Shown here piece after piece: positions 28,034 to 38,311 of a stretch of 54,603 nt of DNA. This stretch comes from Thermodesulfobacteriota bacterium (GTDB taxonomy: Bacteria; Desulfobacterota; GWC2-55-46). The stretch covers positions 1-54,603 of the forward strand of contig JBHHYT010000003.1 of assembly GCA_046757705.1 (NCBI GenBank), written 5' to 3'. Both the position numbers and the translations under genes were made by a program. Every line of letters begins with the position of its first letter. Positions within the stretch are counted from its first letter, which is position 1. The notes beneath the pieces are model-generated. The model was not told the origin of the DNA, made no database searches, and was given only the letters and a program-made list of their open reading frames with translations.

Positions 28034-29524
28034 ATGAAGAGCAATAAGACAGAGATTCTGATCGACGCAAACCCGTTCGAGATACGCGTCGCCCTTGTCG
28101 AGAAGGGGCGGCTCTCCGAGTTCTACGTCGAGAAGGCGAAGGAGCGCGTAATCACCGGCAACATCTACAAGGGCAAGGTCGTAAGGGTGCTGCCGGGCAT
28201 GCAGTCCGCCTTCGTGGAGGTCGGCCTCCAGAGGACGGCCTTCATCCACGTATCCGACATACAGGAGCCCTACGGCGGGCTCGACGAGGACGAGGAGGAA
28301 GAGGAGAGGGAGGAGGTAAGGAAGAGGGCGGCGAACGTCCGCATCCAGGACATCCTCAAGGAAGGCCAGGAGATACTCGTACAGGCCGCCAAGGAGCCGA
28401 TAGGCACCAAGGGCGCGAGGGTCACCTCCTATGTCTCCCTGCCCGGAAGGCACCTAGTATTCATGCCCTCCTACGACAAGGTCGCCATCTCGCGGAGGAT
28501 ATCGAGCGACAAGGAGAGGAAGCGCCTGAGGGAGATAGTCTCGCGTCTGCGCAAGCCCGGCCACGGCTTTATCATAAGGACGGTCTGCGAGGGCATGGGC
28601 GAAGATGACATAGCCGCGGACATGTACTTCCTCGAAAAGCTCTGGGAGAGCATCCTCAAGAAAAAGGAGAGGGTCAAGACCCCCGGGATAGTCTACGAGG
28701 AGCTCGACCTGACGCTGCGCACCATCAGGGACAGCTTCTCGAAGGACATAGACGCCGTGGTCATAAACTCCAGGGAGGAGTACGAGCGGGCCGTGAAGTT
28801 CATCACGGAGTTCATGCCTTCCCTGAGCGGGAGGGTGCGCCTGCACAAGGGCGAGGAGGACATATTCGACGCCTACGGCATCGAGATAGAGCTCGTCGAC
28901 GCCCTCGAGAGGAAGGTCTGGCTTCGCTCGGGGGGCCACATCGTCATAGACCAGCTCGAGGCGCTTACGGCCATTGACGTGAATACCGGCAAGTACGTGG
29001 GCAAGAAAAACTCGGACGATACGATACTCAAGACCAACCTCGAGGCCGTAAACGAGGTGGTCTATCAGCTCAGGCTGCGCAACATAGGCGGCATCATCGT
29101 CATAGACTTCATCGACATGGGAAGGGCCGCCGACCGGGAAAAGGTCTACAACGCCCTCAAGGAGGCCCTCAAGATAGACAAGGCGCGCACCAATATCCTC
29201 AAGATATCCGAGCTCGGCATAGTCGAGATGACGCGCAAGAGGGTGCGCGAAAGCCTCTCGCAGGCGCTCTGCGAGCCGTGCCCGTACTGCGAGGGCAACG
29301 GCCTGGTGAAGGCCCGCGAAAACATCATAATGGAGATATACAGGGAGCTTCTGCGTGAGCTTCCGAAGATGAAGAAGAAGGCCTTCCTGTACGTAAGCCC
29401 CTATGTGGCCGACCAGCTCAGGACGGAGGAAGGGGTGGTCAAGGACCTCGAGAAGAGGACCGGCAAGAAGATAGTAATAAAGGCCGTCGAGAGGTTCCAT
29501 CAGGAGAGGTACGAGCTCGCCTGA
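28034..29524 (+). CDS. rng: Ribonuclease G (Rne/Rng family)
   Basis: GNIYKGKVVRVLPGMQSAFV (S1 domain), IDVNTG, RLRNIGGIIVIDFIDM and the CPYC zinc link; no long C-terminal domain. Confidence 0.93.
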   Translation: MKSNKTEILIDANPFEIRVALVEKGRLSEFYVEKAKERVITGNIYKGKVVRVLPGMQSAFVEVGLQRTAFIHVSDIQEPYGGLDEDEEEEEREEVRKRAANVRIQDILKEGQEILVQAAKEPIGTKGARVTSYVSLPGRHLVFMPSYDKVAISRRISSDKERKRLREIVSRLRKPGHGFIIRTVCEGMGEDDIAADMYFLEKLWESILKKKERVKTPGIVYEELDLTLRTIRDSFSKDIDAVVINSREEYERAVKFITEFMPSLSGRVRLHKGEEDIFDAYGIEIELVDALERKVWLRSGGHIVIDQLEALTAIDVNTGKYVGKKNSDDTILKTNLEAVNEVVYQLRLRNIGGIIVIDFIDMGRAADREKVYNALKEALKIDKARTNILKISELGIVEMTRKRVRESLSQALCEPCPYCEGNGLVKARENIIMEIYRELLRELPKMKKKAFLYVSPYVADQLRTEEGVVKDLEKRTGKKIVIKAVERFHQERYELA

Positions 29525-29568
29525 GCTGTCAGGGGATGGCGGAACCCGATGATTTTAAAGTAAAATTC

Positions 29569-29598
29569 TTGACAACCGCCCCCCCGCTGCCGTACCAT
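29569..29598 (+). promoter_or_regulatory. Promoter of the cytochrome c pair
   Basis: TTGACA-18 nt-TACCAT with an AT-rich region upstream. Confidence 0.6.
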
Positions 29599-29630
29599 TA
29601 CAGGTGTTTCAAGTTACAGGGAGATGCTCT

Positions 29631-30296
29631 ATGAGGTTTGTCTCAGCCCTTTGCGTTCTATCGGCCGCCGTCCTGCTCGCCTGCTCCGTCGCCTCGGCCT
29701 CTGCCGGGCCTGATGCCGGCAAAAAGGTCTTCGAGGCCAGAAGGTGCGGCTCCTGCCACCAGACCGAAGGCCCCGCGCGCGAGAAGACCATAGCAGACCA
29801 GCTCGCCAAGAAGGGCCCCGAGCTCTGGTACGTAGGCAACAAGCTCAAAAGGGGGTTTCTGGCCTCGTGGCTCGCTGACCCCCGGCCCATAAGGCCCCTT
29901 AAGTACAACTCCCTTACGGAGAGGAACCCCGGGGACCACCCGAGGCTCTCCGTCCAGGAGGCGGCGTCCGTTACCGATTACCTGATGACGCTTACGTCGA
30001 GGGACGTGCGCCCATCGGGCGTAAGGGCGAGGGTGAACCCGCGCGGCAGGGTGATATTCATAAAGAAGCTGGCCTGCTACGGCTGCCACTCCGTAAGGGT
30101 GAGAGGCAAGATAGCCGGCGGGCTTTCCGGGCCTACCTTCGTTGGCGCCTCCAGCCGGCTCAACCCCGACTGGGTCTACGCCTTCCTCGTCAACCCGAAG
30201 GTCTTCAAGCCGGTAAAGGACATGCCCGTATACGCCGGCATACTCAAAAGCTCCGAGATGAAGGCGCTCGCGGCCTACGTCTGCGCCCTCGATTAG
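29631..30296 (+). CDS. Periplasmic diheme cytochrome c
   Basis: Signal peptide plus two CxxCH motifs (CGSCH and CYGCH); distal DMP Met in domain 2. Confidence 0.92.
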   Translation: MRFVSALCVLSAAVLLACSVASASAGPDAGKKVFEARRCGSCHQTEGPAREKTIADQLAKKGPELWYVGNKLKRGFLASWLADPRPIRPLKYNSLTERNPGDHPRLSVQEAASVTDYLMTLTSRDVRPSGVRARVNPRGRVIFIKKLACYGCHSVRVRGKIAGGLSGPTFVGASSRLNPDWVYAFLVNPKVFKPVKDMPVYAGILKSSEMKALAAYVCALD

Positions 30297-30314
30297 CATG
30301 TTCCGGTCCGAAAG

Positions 30315-30692
30315 GTGTTTCTCGTCATGTTCTTAAGATACTGCGCGAAGGCCGCGCTCGTCCTCATTGTCGTATCCGTCTTTGCCGGCGCCTCATTTGC
30401 CGCCACCGCCGCGCAGAACTACCACTTCTACTGCGCGCAGTGCCACGGTCTCGAGGGCAGGGGCGACGGCCCCAACGCCACGAGGAGCCAGCCGGTGGAC
30501 CCGAGGGACCACACCAGCGCCTACGAGATGAACAAGCTTACCGACGCGGAGATCATAGGCGCCATCACCGGCGGGGGCGCGGCCACGAGCAAGTCCACCC
30601 TCATGCCGCCCTTCGGGAAGACGCTTACGAAACGGGAGATAAAAGACCTCAAGGACTATCTGAGGAAGCTCTGCAAGTGCAAGGGCAAGTAG
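30315..30692 (+). CDS. Periplasmic monoheme cytochrome c
   Basis: Signal peptide, CAQCHG, MPPF axial Met and C-terminal LCKC; start 30315 or 30327. Confidence 0.92.
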   Translation: MFLVMFLRYCAKAALVLIVVSVFAGASFAATAAQNYHFYCAQCHGLEGRGDGPNATRSQPVDPRDHTSAYEMNKLTDAEIIGAITGGGAATSKSTLMPPFGKTLTKREIKDLKDYLRKLCKCKGK

Positions 30693-30780
30693 CGCAAGGT
30701 CGCGCTCTGCCGGGCTCGTGCCCGGGGGCGCGTCACGGACCGCCGGAGGTTTGCGGGAGATGGGAGGCGGCTTTGAAAAA

Positions 30781-30969
30781 ATGGTCTTTCTGCTCAACCT
30801 CCTCGGCGTGCTGCTCGTGCTTGAAGGCATACCGTACTTCGGCTTCCCGAGGGCGGTAAAACACTGGGCGGTCTTCCTCCAGAAGGCGCCGGAAAAAACC
30901 CTCAGGCTGATGGGCCTCGCCATAATCGTCATCGGGCTCGCAATGCTCTTCGCCCTCAGGTATGTCTGA
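30781..30969 (+). CDS. DUF2065-family small membrane protein
   Basis: LGVLLVLEGIPYFGFP...LRLMGL, two TM helices, about 62 aa. Confidence 0.8.
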   Translation: MVFLLNLLGVLLVLEGIPYFGFPRAVKHWAVFLQKAPEKTLRLMGLAIIVIGLAMLFALRYV

Positions 30970-30988
30970 GGCTGAAAGACTCTCATCC

Positions 30989-32080
30989 ATGAAAAAAAAC
31001 CTGTTGTTCTCAATCCTCCTGCTTACCTTCCTGCTTGTGGGCTGCGTAAGGGTCCCGACGGGCAACGCGAAAGAAGGCGAGATGATCCGCGTGCTCGTCA
31101 TACACAACGTCGGGTCGATATCCGTAAAGGGCACCTCCGGGGGCGGCGTGCTGGAGATAGGGACCGACGGCGACGGCCTCTCCGTAAACGGCTCGCCACG
31201 GCCCGTGCCCTTGAGGCTGAAACCAGAAGGCGAGTTCCTGTACATAGACAACAGGCCGTACCGGGGCTCCATAGAGGTCGTCCCGGCCTCCGGCGGCCTC
31301 ATGGTCATAGACGAGCTGCCGCTCGAGCGTTATCTGGTGGGCATCATCAACACCGAGATATCGTCGAAGTGGCCGCAGGAGGCGATAAGGGCGCAGGCCG
31401 TCGTGGCCCGTACCTACGCCATATTCAACAGGGCGAGGAGGAAAGACCCCCGGTACGACCTCGAAGGCTCGGTGCTCGGGCAGGTCTACTCCGGCGCGGC
31501 AGCCGAGGACGGGGCGGCCCGCAAGGCGGTGGGGGATACCGCCGGGGAGATACTCGCCTACGAGGGGGCCCCCGCCCTTACGGTCTATCACTCGAACGCC
31601 GGGGGCAGGACGGAGGCCGCCAGGGACGTCTGGCAGAGCGATTACCCGTACCTGCGCTCGGTGAGGAGCCCCTACGACGAGGCCGCGCCGAGGTTCACGT
31701 GGGAGTACTCGATAGAGGGCGGAGCGCTCGGGAAAAAACTCTCCGGCGCGGGCTTCGACATGGCGCGGCCCGCCTCCATAGAGCCGGCCATGGTGACGCC
31801 CGCGGGCAGGGTCAAGTCCCTCATCATAAGGGACTCCGACGGCGGCCGGGTCTTCCTCACCGGCGAGATATTGAGAAGGGTGCTCGGCTACAGCGTCCTG
31901 CGCTCGACCCGCTTCAAGGTCTCGAAGGCGGGCTCCGCCTTCGTATTCAAGGGCAGAGGCTCCGGCCACGGCGTCGGGCTCTCGCAGTGGGGCGCCAAAG
32001 GAATGGCCGAGAACGGCTATACGTACAGGGAGATACTCGAGCACTACTACCCCGGCACCGAGCTTATGAAGGCGTATTGA
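30989..32080 (+). CDS. SpoIID/LytB domain lipoprotein
   Basis: Lipobox LLVGC, LERYLVG...EAIRAQAVVARTYA, GHGVGLSQWGA and ILEHYYPG. Confidence 0.92.
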   Translation: MKKNLLFSILLLTFLLVGCVRVPTGNAKEGEMIRVLVIHNVGSISVKGTSGGGVLEIGTDGDGLSVNGSPRPVPLRLKPEGEFLYIDNRPYRGSIEVVPASGGLMVIDELPLERYLVGIINTEISSKWPQEAIRAQAVVARTYAIFNRARRKDPRYDLEGSVLGQVYSGAAAEDGAARKAVGDTAGEILAYEGAPALTVYHSNAGGRTEAARDVWQSDYPYLRSVRSPYDEAAPRFTWEYSIEGGALGKKLSGAGFDMARPASIEPAMVTPAGRVKSLIIRDSDGGRVFLTGEILRRVLGYSVLRSTRFKVSKAGSAFVFKGRGSGHGVGLSQWGAKGMAENGYTYREILEHYYPGTELMKAY

Positions 32081-32161
32081 CCCGTCCGCCTCGAAAAACC
32101 CCTAAACAAGGGCCCTTGCATCTCCCATAAACTGAAAAGGCGTGGCCCGGACATACATCGA

Positions 32162-33190
32162 ATGGAAACCAGAGAATTTGACTTCTACCTCCCCGAGGGC
32201 CTGATAGCGCAGTACCCGCTCGACGAGAGGGACTCGTCCCGGCTCATGGTGCTCTCGCGGGCCACCGGGGAGATACTCCACCGGTCCTTCCGCGAGATCG
32301 GGGAGTTCCTGCGCCCGGGCGACGTGCTCGTTCTCAACGATACGCGCGTCGTACCCGCAAGGCTCCTCGGCAGGAAGGCGACCGGGGGCAAGGTAGAGCT
32401 GCTGCTTACCGGGAAGGTCGGGCTGGCGCAGGCCGGAAAAGAGGCGTGGAGGTGCATGGTAAAGCCCTCCAAAGGTGTCGGGCCCGGCACGAGGTTCTTC
32501 TTCGACCATGGCGTGGAGGCCGTCGTCCTCGAGAGCGGCCCGGAAGGCTTCAGGGTCTGCGAGTTCACCTCGCCGCTCGACCTCGAAGAGATGGGCAGGA
32601 TACCCCTGCCCCCATACATCAGGAGGGACGCGGAGGAGAAGGACAGAGAGAGGTACCAGACGGTCTTCGCCGCAAGCGACGGCGCGGTGGCCGCGCCCAC
32701 GGCCGGGCTCCACTTCACCGCCCCGCTCCTCGACGGCCTGAGGGCCTCCGGGGTGGAGGTCCACAGGATAACGCTCCATACGGGGCCGGGCACCTTCATG
32801 CCCGTGCGCGTAAAAGACCTGAAAAACCACAGGATGCTCCCGGAGTTCTACACAATCCCCCCGGAGGTCTTCGCTTCCGTGGTAAAGGCCAGGGAAGAGG
32901 GCAGAAGGGTCATCGCAGTGGGCACCACGTCCACGCGCGCGCTCGAGGCCGCGGCAAGGGACGGCATAGACAGGCCGGTGCTCAAGGGCCCCACGGGCCT
33001 GTTCATATACCCCGGCTACGAGTTCAAGGTGGTCGACGCGCTGCTTACGAACTTCCACCTCCCCGGCTCTACGCTCATCATGCTCGTAAGCGCGTTTGCC
33101 GGGACCAGACGCGTAATGGACTCCTACGCCGAGGCCATAAAACAGGGGTACAGGTTCTTCAGCTACGGCGACGCCATGCTCATAGTCTAA
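32162..33190 (+). CDS. queA: S-adenosylmethionine:tRNA ribosyltransferase-isomerase
   Basis: PLPPYIRR, YQTVF, AAPTAGLHF, TNFHLP and FFSYGDAM. Confidence 0.97.
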   Translation: METREFDFYLPEGLIAQYPLDERDSSRLMVLSRATGEILHRSFREIGEFLRPGDVLVLNDTRVVPARLLGRKATGGKVELLLTGKVGLAQAGKEAWRCMVKPSKGVGPGTRFFFDHGVEAVVLESGPEGFRVCEFTSPLDLEEMGRIPLPPYIRRDAEEKDRERYQTVFAASDGAVAAPTAGLHFTAPLLDGLRASGVEVHRITLHTGPGTFMPVRVKDLKNHRMLPEFYTIPPEVFASVVKAREEGRRVIAVGTTSTRALEAAARDGIDRPVLKGPTGLFIYPGYEFKVVDALLTNFHLPGSTLIMLVSAFAGTRRVMDSYAEAIKQGYRFFSYGDAMLIV

Positions 33191-33212
33191 TGCCGCCGCT
33201 GAAAGGGTTTCC

Positions 33213-33365
33213 ATGGGGGGACCTTTCTATAGAAAGTTTCCCCCATACCCCCTTCAAAGATTTTTAGTTCCCGTGGCTGCCCCCTCCAAGGGGGCAGCCA
33301 CGGGAAGAACTGAAAGTTTTTGGAGAGAGTTTGAGAGAACCTTCTTTACAAAAAGGTTCTCTCAA
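33213..33365. repeat. Composite three-hairpin REP-like element between queA and tgt
   Basis: Hairpins at 33213-33246, 33268-33306 (perfect 18-bp stem) and 33331-33365 (perfect 13-bp stem). Confidence 0.75.
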
Positions 33366-33389
33366 GAAGTCCTCGCGGTGGCGGCATGA

Positions 33390-34520
<1,131 letters not shown>

Positions 34521-34580
34521 AGGTACCCGGTCCGGCCATTTGCTTGCTTAACGGTCTTTTAATTACAGGAGGATGCAAAA

Positions 34581-34913
34581 GTGTTATTTTTTCCGGTAGC
34601 TCTGGCTTACGCCGACGGCGGCGGCGGTGGCGGCGGTTCGCTTTTTGGCGGCGGCGGCATAATGAACATAGCACCGCTCATCATACTCTTCGTCATATTC
34701 TACTTCCTGCTCATCAGGCCCCAGCAGAAGAAGGCCAAGGAGCACAAGCAGATGCTCTCAGAGTTGACCAAGGGCGACAGCATCGTGACCAACGGCGGGC
34801 TCTACGGCAGGGTCACCTCCGTCTCCGATGAGACCTTGATGGTAGAGATCTCCGACGGCGTGAGGGTCAAGATAGCGAGGGCGGCCATATCCATGCGCAA
34901 GCCTCAGGGCTGA
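34581..34913 (+). CDS. yajC: Preprotein translocase subunit YajC
   Basis: FYFLLIRPQQKK...GDSIVTNGGLYG. Confidence 0.96.
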   Translation: MLFFPVALAYADGGGGGGGSLFGGGGIMNIAPLIILFVIFYFLLIRPQQKKAKEHKQMLSELTKGDSIVTNGGLYGRVTSVSDETLMVEISDGVRVKIARAAISMRKPQG

Positions 34914-35140
34914 ACGCCAGCCGCAACGCCCCTTCGCAAGGGGGCAAGGGGGCAAGGGGGAGGGTGGTGTAAGGGGGGAGAGAGTGGTGCATGGGGCGCA
35001 GGGTGCACAGGTGGGCGAGTGGTGCATGGCGTTTATGGGAGCGTATGCGACCCCCGCGAAAGTGTGTGGAAGACCTTCGATATACTAATGAGTTCCGCCT
35101 TTCGGCGGATATCAGGTAGGGGTCTGTTTTATATAATCGG

Positions 35141-35290
35141 TCAGAAAACCCCGAGCTTTTAAGCTCGGGGATGAATGGCCGCCCGGAGCGGAGCCAGATT
35201 TAGCCGGCGTAGCGGAGGTAATTTTCATCCCCTCCCTCGATGGGAGGGGAAGCGCGGAAACTCCGGGCTTTAGACCGATGCAGTCATTGA
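35141..35290 (+). mobile_element. Putative non-autonomous IS200/IS605-type mini-element (left-end and right-end hairpins, no ORF)
   Basis: GAAAACCCCGAGCTTTTAAGCTCGGGGATGAATGG resembles a left end; GGAAACTCCGGGCTTTAGACCGATGCAGTCATTGA resembles a degenerate right end. Confidence 0.5.
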
Positions 35291-35357
35291 GACCTTGCAC
35301 TTCTGATGGCAATAAGTCATTGAAAATGTGAGAAAAAATCGCATCTTTCTTTTTCGT

Positions 35358-35389
35358 CCCTGAATAATTCGCGGACGAATTGTTCAGGG
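35358..35389. repeat. 14-bp stem palindrome upstream of secD
   Basis: CCCTGAATAATTCG-cgga-CGAATTGTTCAGGG (one G-T pair). Confidence 0.6.
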
Positions 35390-35416
35390 GTTACATAAGT
35401 ATAAACGGAGCAATTA

Positions 35417-36997
35417 ATGAGGAGCATCTTCTGGAGGGTAATACTGCTGTCCATCTTTACGGTGGTAGCGCTGGTATTATTCCTGCCGTCAACGCCTTTT
35501 TCAAATAGACTCCCCTCCTTCTGGGCGGACTACATACCAAAGATAGTCCTCGGCCTCGACCTTCAGGGGGGCATGCACCTGGTGCTCGACGTGGACAGGG
35601 ACAAGGCCGTCGAGACCCATACGCAAAGGCTCGTAAGCTCTGTCGAGGACACATTGAGGGACAAGGACATACCCTACGGGTACGTCACCAGAGAGGGCAT
35701 ATCGGGTATCGTCGTATCCTATCCCGACGAGAGGACGGCTTCGGCGATAAGAAGGGTCCTCTCCGACGACTTCAGCGTCTTCGACAAGCCCGCGACGCAG
35801 GACGGCAAGCTTGTCGTGCACCTTCAGGATGACGAGGTGAACAGGCTCAAGGGGTGGGCGGTCTCTCAGGCGCTCGAGACCATAAGGAACAGGATAGACA
35901 AGTTCGGCGTGGCCGAGCCCGTGATACAGAAGCAGGGCGACAGCCAGCTCGTCATACAGCTCCCGGGCCTCAAGGACCCGGAGAGGGCCATACAGCTCAT
36001 CGGCAAGACCGCGGTGCTCGAGTTCAGGCTCGTGGACGAGTCCATGGACGCGTCCACCGCGCTGCGCACGGGAGCGCCCCCCGGCTCGGAGGTTCTCTAC
36101 GGGGAGGAGAAAGAGGGCGACGTCGTTACGAAGGTGCCCTACCTGGTAAGGAAAGAGGTGCTCCTTACCGGAGACTCGCTCTCGGACGCGAGGGTCGCCT
36201 TCGACAGCCAGTACAACGAGCCTTACGTCTCCATAGTCTTCGACTCCGCCGGCTCGCGGATATTCGACCGCGTAACCAGCCAGAACACCGGCAAGAGGCT
36301 CGCCATAGTCCTCGACGGCAAGGTGCACTCGGCCCCCCAGATAAGGGAGGCGATAACCGGCGGAAAGGCGCAGATAACCGGCAGGTTCACGTACGAGGAG
36401 GCGACCGACCTCGCGATAGTCTTGAGGGCGGGCGCGCTTCCGGCCCCGGTCGAGATCATACAGAACGTCACCGTCGGCCCCACGCTCGGCACCGACTCCA
36501 TCAGGGCGGGCGTAAGGGCGGCGCTTCTGGGGGCGGGCCTCGTGCTCCTGTTCATGATATTCTACTACAGGCTTTCCGGCGTTATAGCCGACTTCGCCAT
36601 ATTCCTCAACATCGTAATGCTCCTCGGGGCCATGGCGTGGCTCAACTCCACGCTCACGCTTCCGGGCATCGCCGGCATAATACTTACGATGGGCATGGGC
36701 GTCGACTCCAACGTCCTCATCTTCGAGAGGATAAAGGAGGAGATGAGGGGCGGAAGGACGCCGCGCAGCGCCATAAACGCGGGCTACGACCACGCGTGGT
36801 GGACCATCGTGGACTCCCATGTTACGACGCTTATCACCGCCGCCGTGCTCTTCCAGTTCGGCAGCGGCCCGATAAAGGGCTTTGCCGTAACGCTGAGCCT
36901 CGGCATACTGATAAACCTGTTCACATCGCTCGTCGGCACCAAGGTGGCCTTCGACATCCAGAGCGAGAAGTTCAGGATAAAGTCTTTGAGCATATAG
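35417..36997 (+). CDS. secD: Protein translocase subunit SecD
   Basis: LGLDLQGG, RIDKFGVAEP, LRAGALPAP, VDSNVLIFERI and GPIKGFA. Confidence 0.98.
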   Translation: MRSIFWRVILLSIFTVVALVLFLPSTPFSNRLPSFWADYIPKIVLGLDLQGGMHLVLDVDRDKAVETHTQRLVSSVEDTLRDKDIPYGYVTREGISGIVVSYPDERTASAIRRVLSDDFSVFDKPATQDGKLVVHLQDDEVNRLKGWAVSQALETIRNRIDKFGVAEPVIQKQGDSQLVIQLPGLKDPERAIQLIGKTAVLEFRLVDESMDASTALRTGAPPGSEVLYGEEKEGDVVTKVPYLVRKEVLLTGDSLSDARVAFDSQYNEPYVSIVFDSAGSRIFDRVTSQNTGKRLAIVLDGKVHSAPQIREAITGGKAQITGRFTYEEATDLAIVLRAGALPAPVEIIQNVTVGPTLGTDSIRAGVRAALLGAGLVLLFMIFYYRLSGVIADFAIFLNIVMLLGAMAWLNSTLTLPGIAGIILTMGMGVDSNVLIFERIKEEMRGGRTPRSAINAGYDHAWWTIVDSHVTTLITAAVLFQFGSGPIKGFAVTLSLGILINLFTSLVGTKVAFDIQSEKFRIKSLSI

Positions 36998-37093
36998 CGG
37001 GCCGCGTCTCTTGGCGGCCTGACAAAAGCATTCAGGGCCCCCTGCTTTTTGGGGCCCGGCCCCCGTGCAAGGGGCCCTTACGGAGGTCTTGAC

Positions 37094-38023
37094 TTGGACA
37101 TACTCGGTGAAACTCGAATAGATTTTCTCGGCAAACGGCGGATAACCTTCGTCATCTCCGGCCTGCTCGTCCTTCTGGGCATCGTGGCCGTCTTCGCCAT
37201 ACCGCTCGGCAAGGCCAACCTCGGCACGGACTTCGCCGGGGGCATCGCCATACAGTTCCGGTTCGAGAAACCCCTCGATATTCAGAAGGTAAGGGACCTG
37301 CTCGGCGACAGCGGCTTCAAGGACGCCAACCTCCAGCAGTTCTCGGAGCCGAACAAGCTGCTGGTGCGCCTCAAGAGGTCCGAGGGGAACCTGAGGCAGA
37401 TATCCGTATCCATCGGGGAGACCTTCGCCAAGGGGCTGCCGGGCAACCCGTACATCATCGACTCCACCACCGAGGTCGGCCCCACGGTAGGCAAGAAGCT
37501 GCAGAGCGACGCCATGTGGGCCATCGCCATCTCGCTTCTCGGCATACTCATATATGTGGCGTGGAGGTTCGAGTTCCGCTTCGGCGTGGCCGCCGTGGCC
37601 GCCACCTTCCACGACGTGCTCGTGGTCATGGGCATCCTCTTCATCCTCCAGAAGGAGATGACACTGCTCATCGTAACGGCGCTGCTTACCCTTGCGGGCT
37701 ATTCGCTCACCGACACCGTCGTCATATTCGACAGGATACGCGAGAACATGCACAAGAGGACGAGGGAGGAGTTCGACCCGCTGGTCAACAGGTCCATAAA
37801 CGAGGTGCTCAGAAGGACCATCGTCACCTCGCTTACCACACTCCTGGTGCTCCTCGCGCTGATTGTGCTCGGCGGAGAGGTCATCCACGACTTCTCCCTG
37901 GCCCTCTTCCTCGGTGTGCTCGTGGGCACCTACTCGTCGGTATTCGTCGCAAGCCCGCTGCTGCTGCTATGGAAGCCCGCCAAGAAGAAGCACGCGGCGA
38001 AACCGGCGCACGCAAGGCCATAA
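37094..38023 (+). CDS. secF: Protein translocase subunit SecF
   Basis: LGTDFAGG, FHDV, GYSLTDTVVIFDRIRE and GTYSS; GGAGG lies 7 nt before the TTG at 37094. Confidence 0.97.
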   Translation: MDILGETRIDFLGKRRITFVISGLLVLLGIVAVFAIPLGKANLGTDFAGGIAIQFRFEKPLDIQKVRDLLGDSGFKDANLQQFSEPNKLLVRLKRSEGNLRQISVSIGETFAKGLPGNPYIIDSTTEVGPTVGKKLQSDAMWAIAISLLGILIYVAWRFEFRFGVAAVAATFHDVLVVMGILFILQKEMTLLIVTALLTLAGYSLTDTVVIFDRIRENMHKRTREEFDPLVNRSINEVLRRTIVTSLTTLLVLLALIVLGGEVIHDFSLALFLGVLVGTYSSVFVASPLLLLWKPAKKKHAAKPAHARP

Positions 38024-38311
38024 ACGAAAAGTTAAGTTATTTTTTGTATCTTCCAACCTGCTGGATTACAAGGGGTTATTCGCCCTTCTCCCTTCACGTC
38101 CCTTCGCCTCCCTTAAAAAGCGGTTGTATTTTTTCGCGTTTTGTGGTATTTCAAGATAACACTTGGAATACGGTCGTTTTATGGGGGCCTTCCATAACAT
38201 CTCGATTCGTAAGGGTTTTTTGCTTCCAGAGGCTCAGGGAGGGCATCCGGGGGCATGAGGCTAAGACCGCCTCTGTACCGATTGAATCCTATTGGTATTG
38301 GAGGTTTTTTT

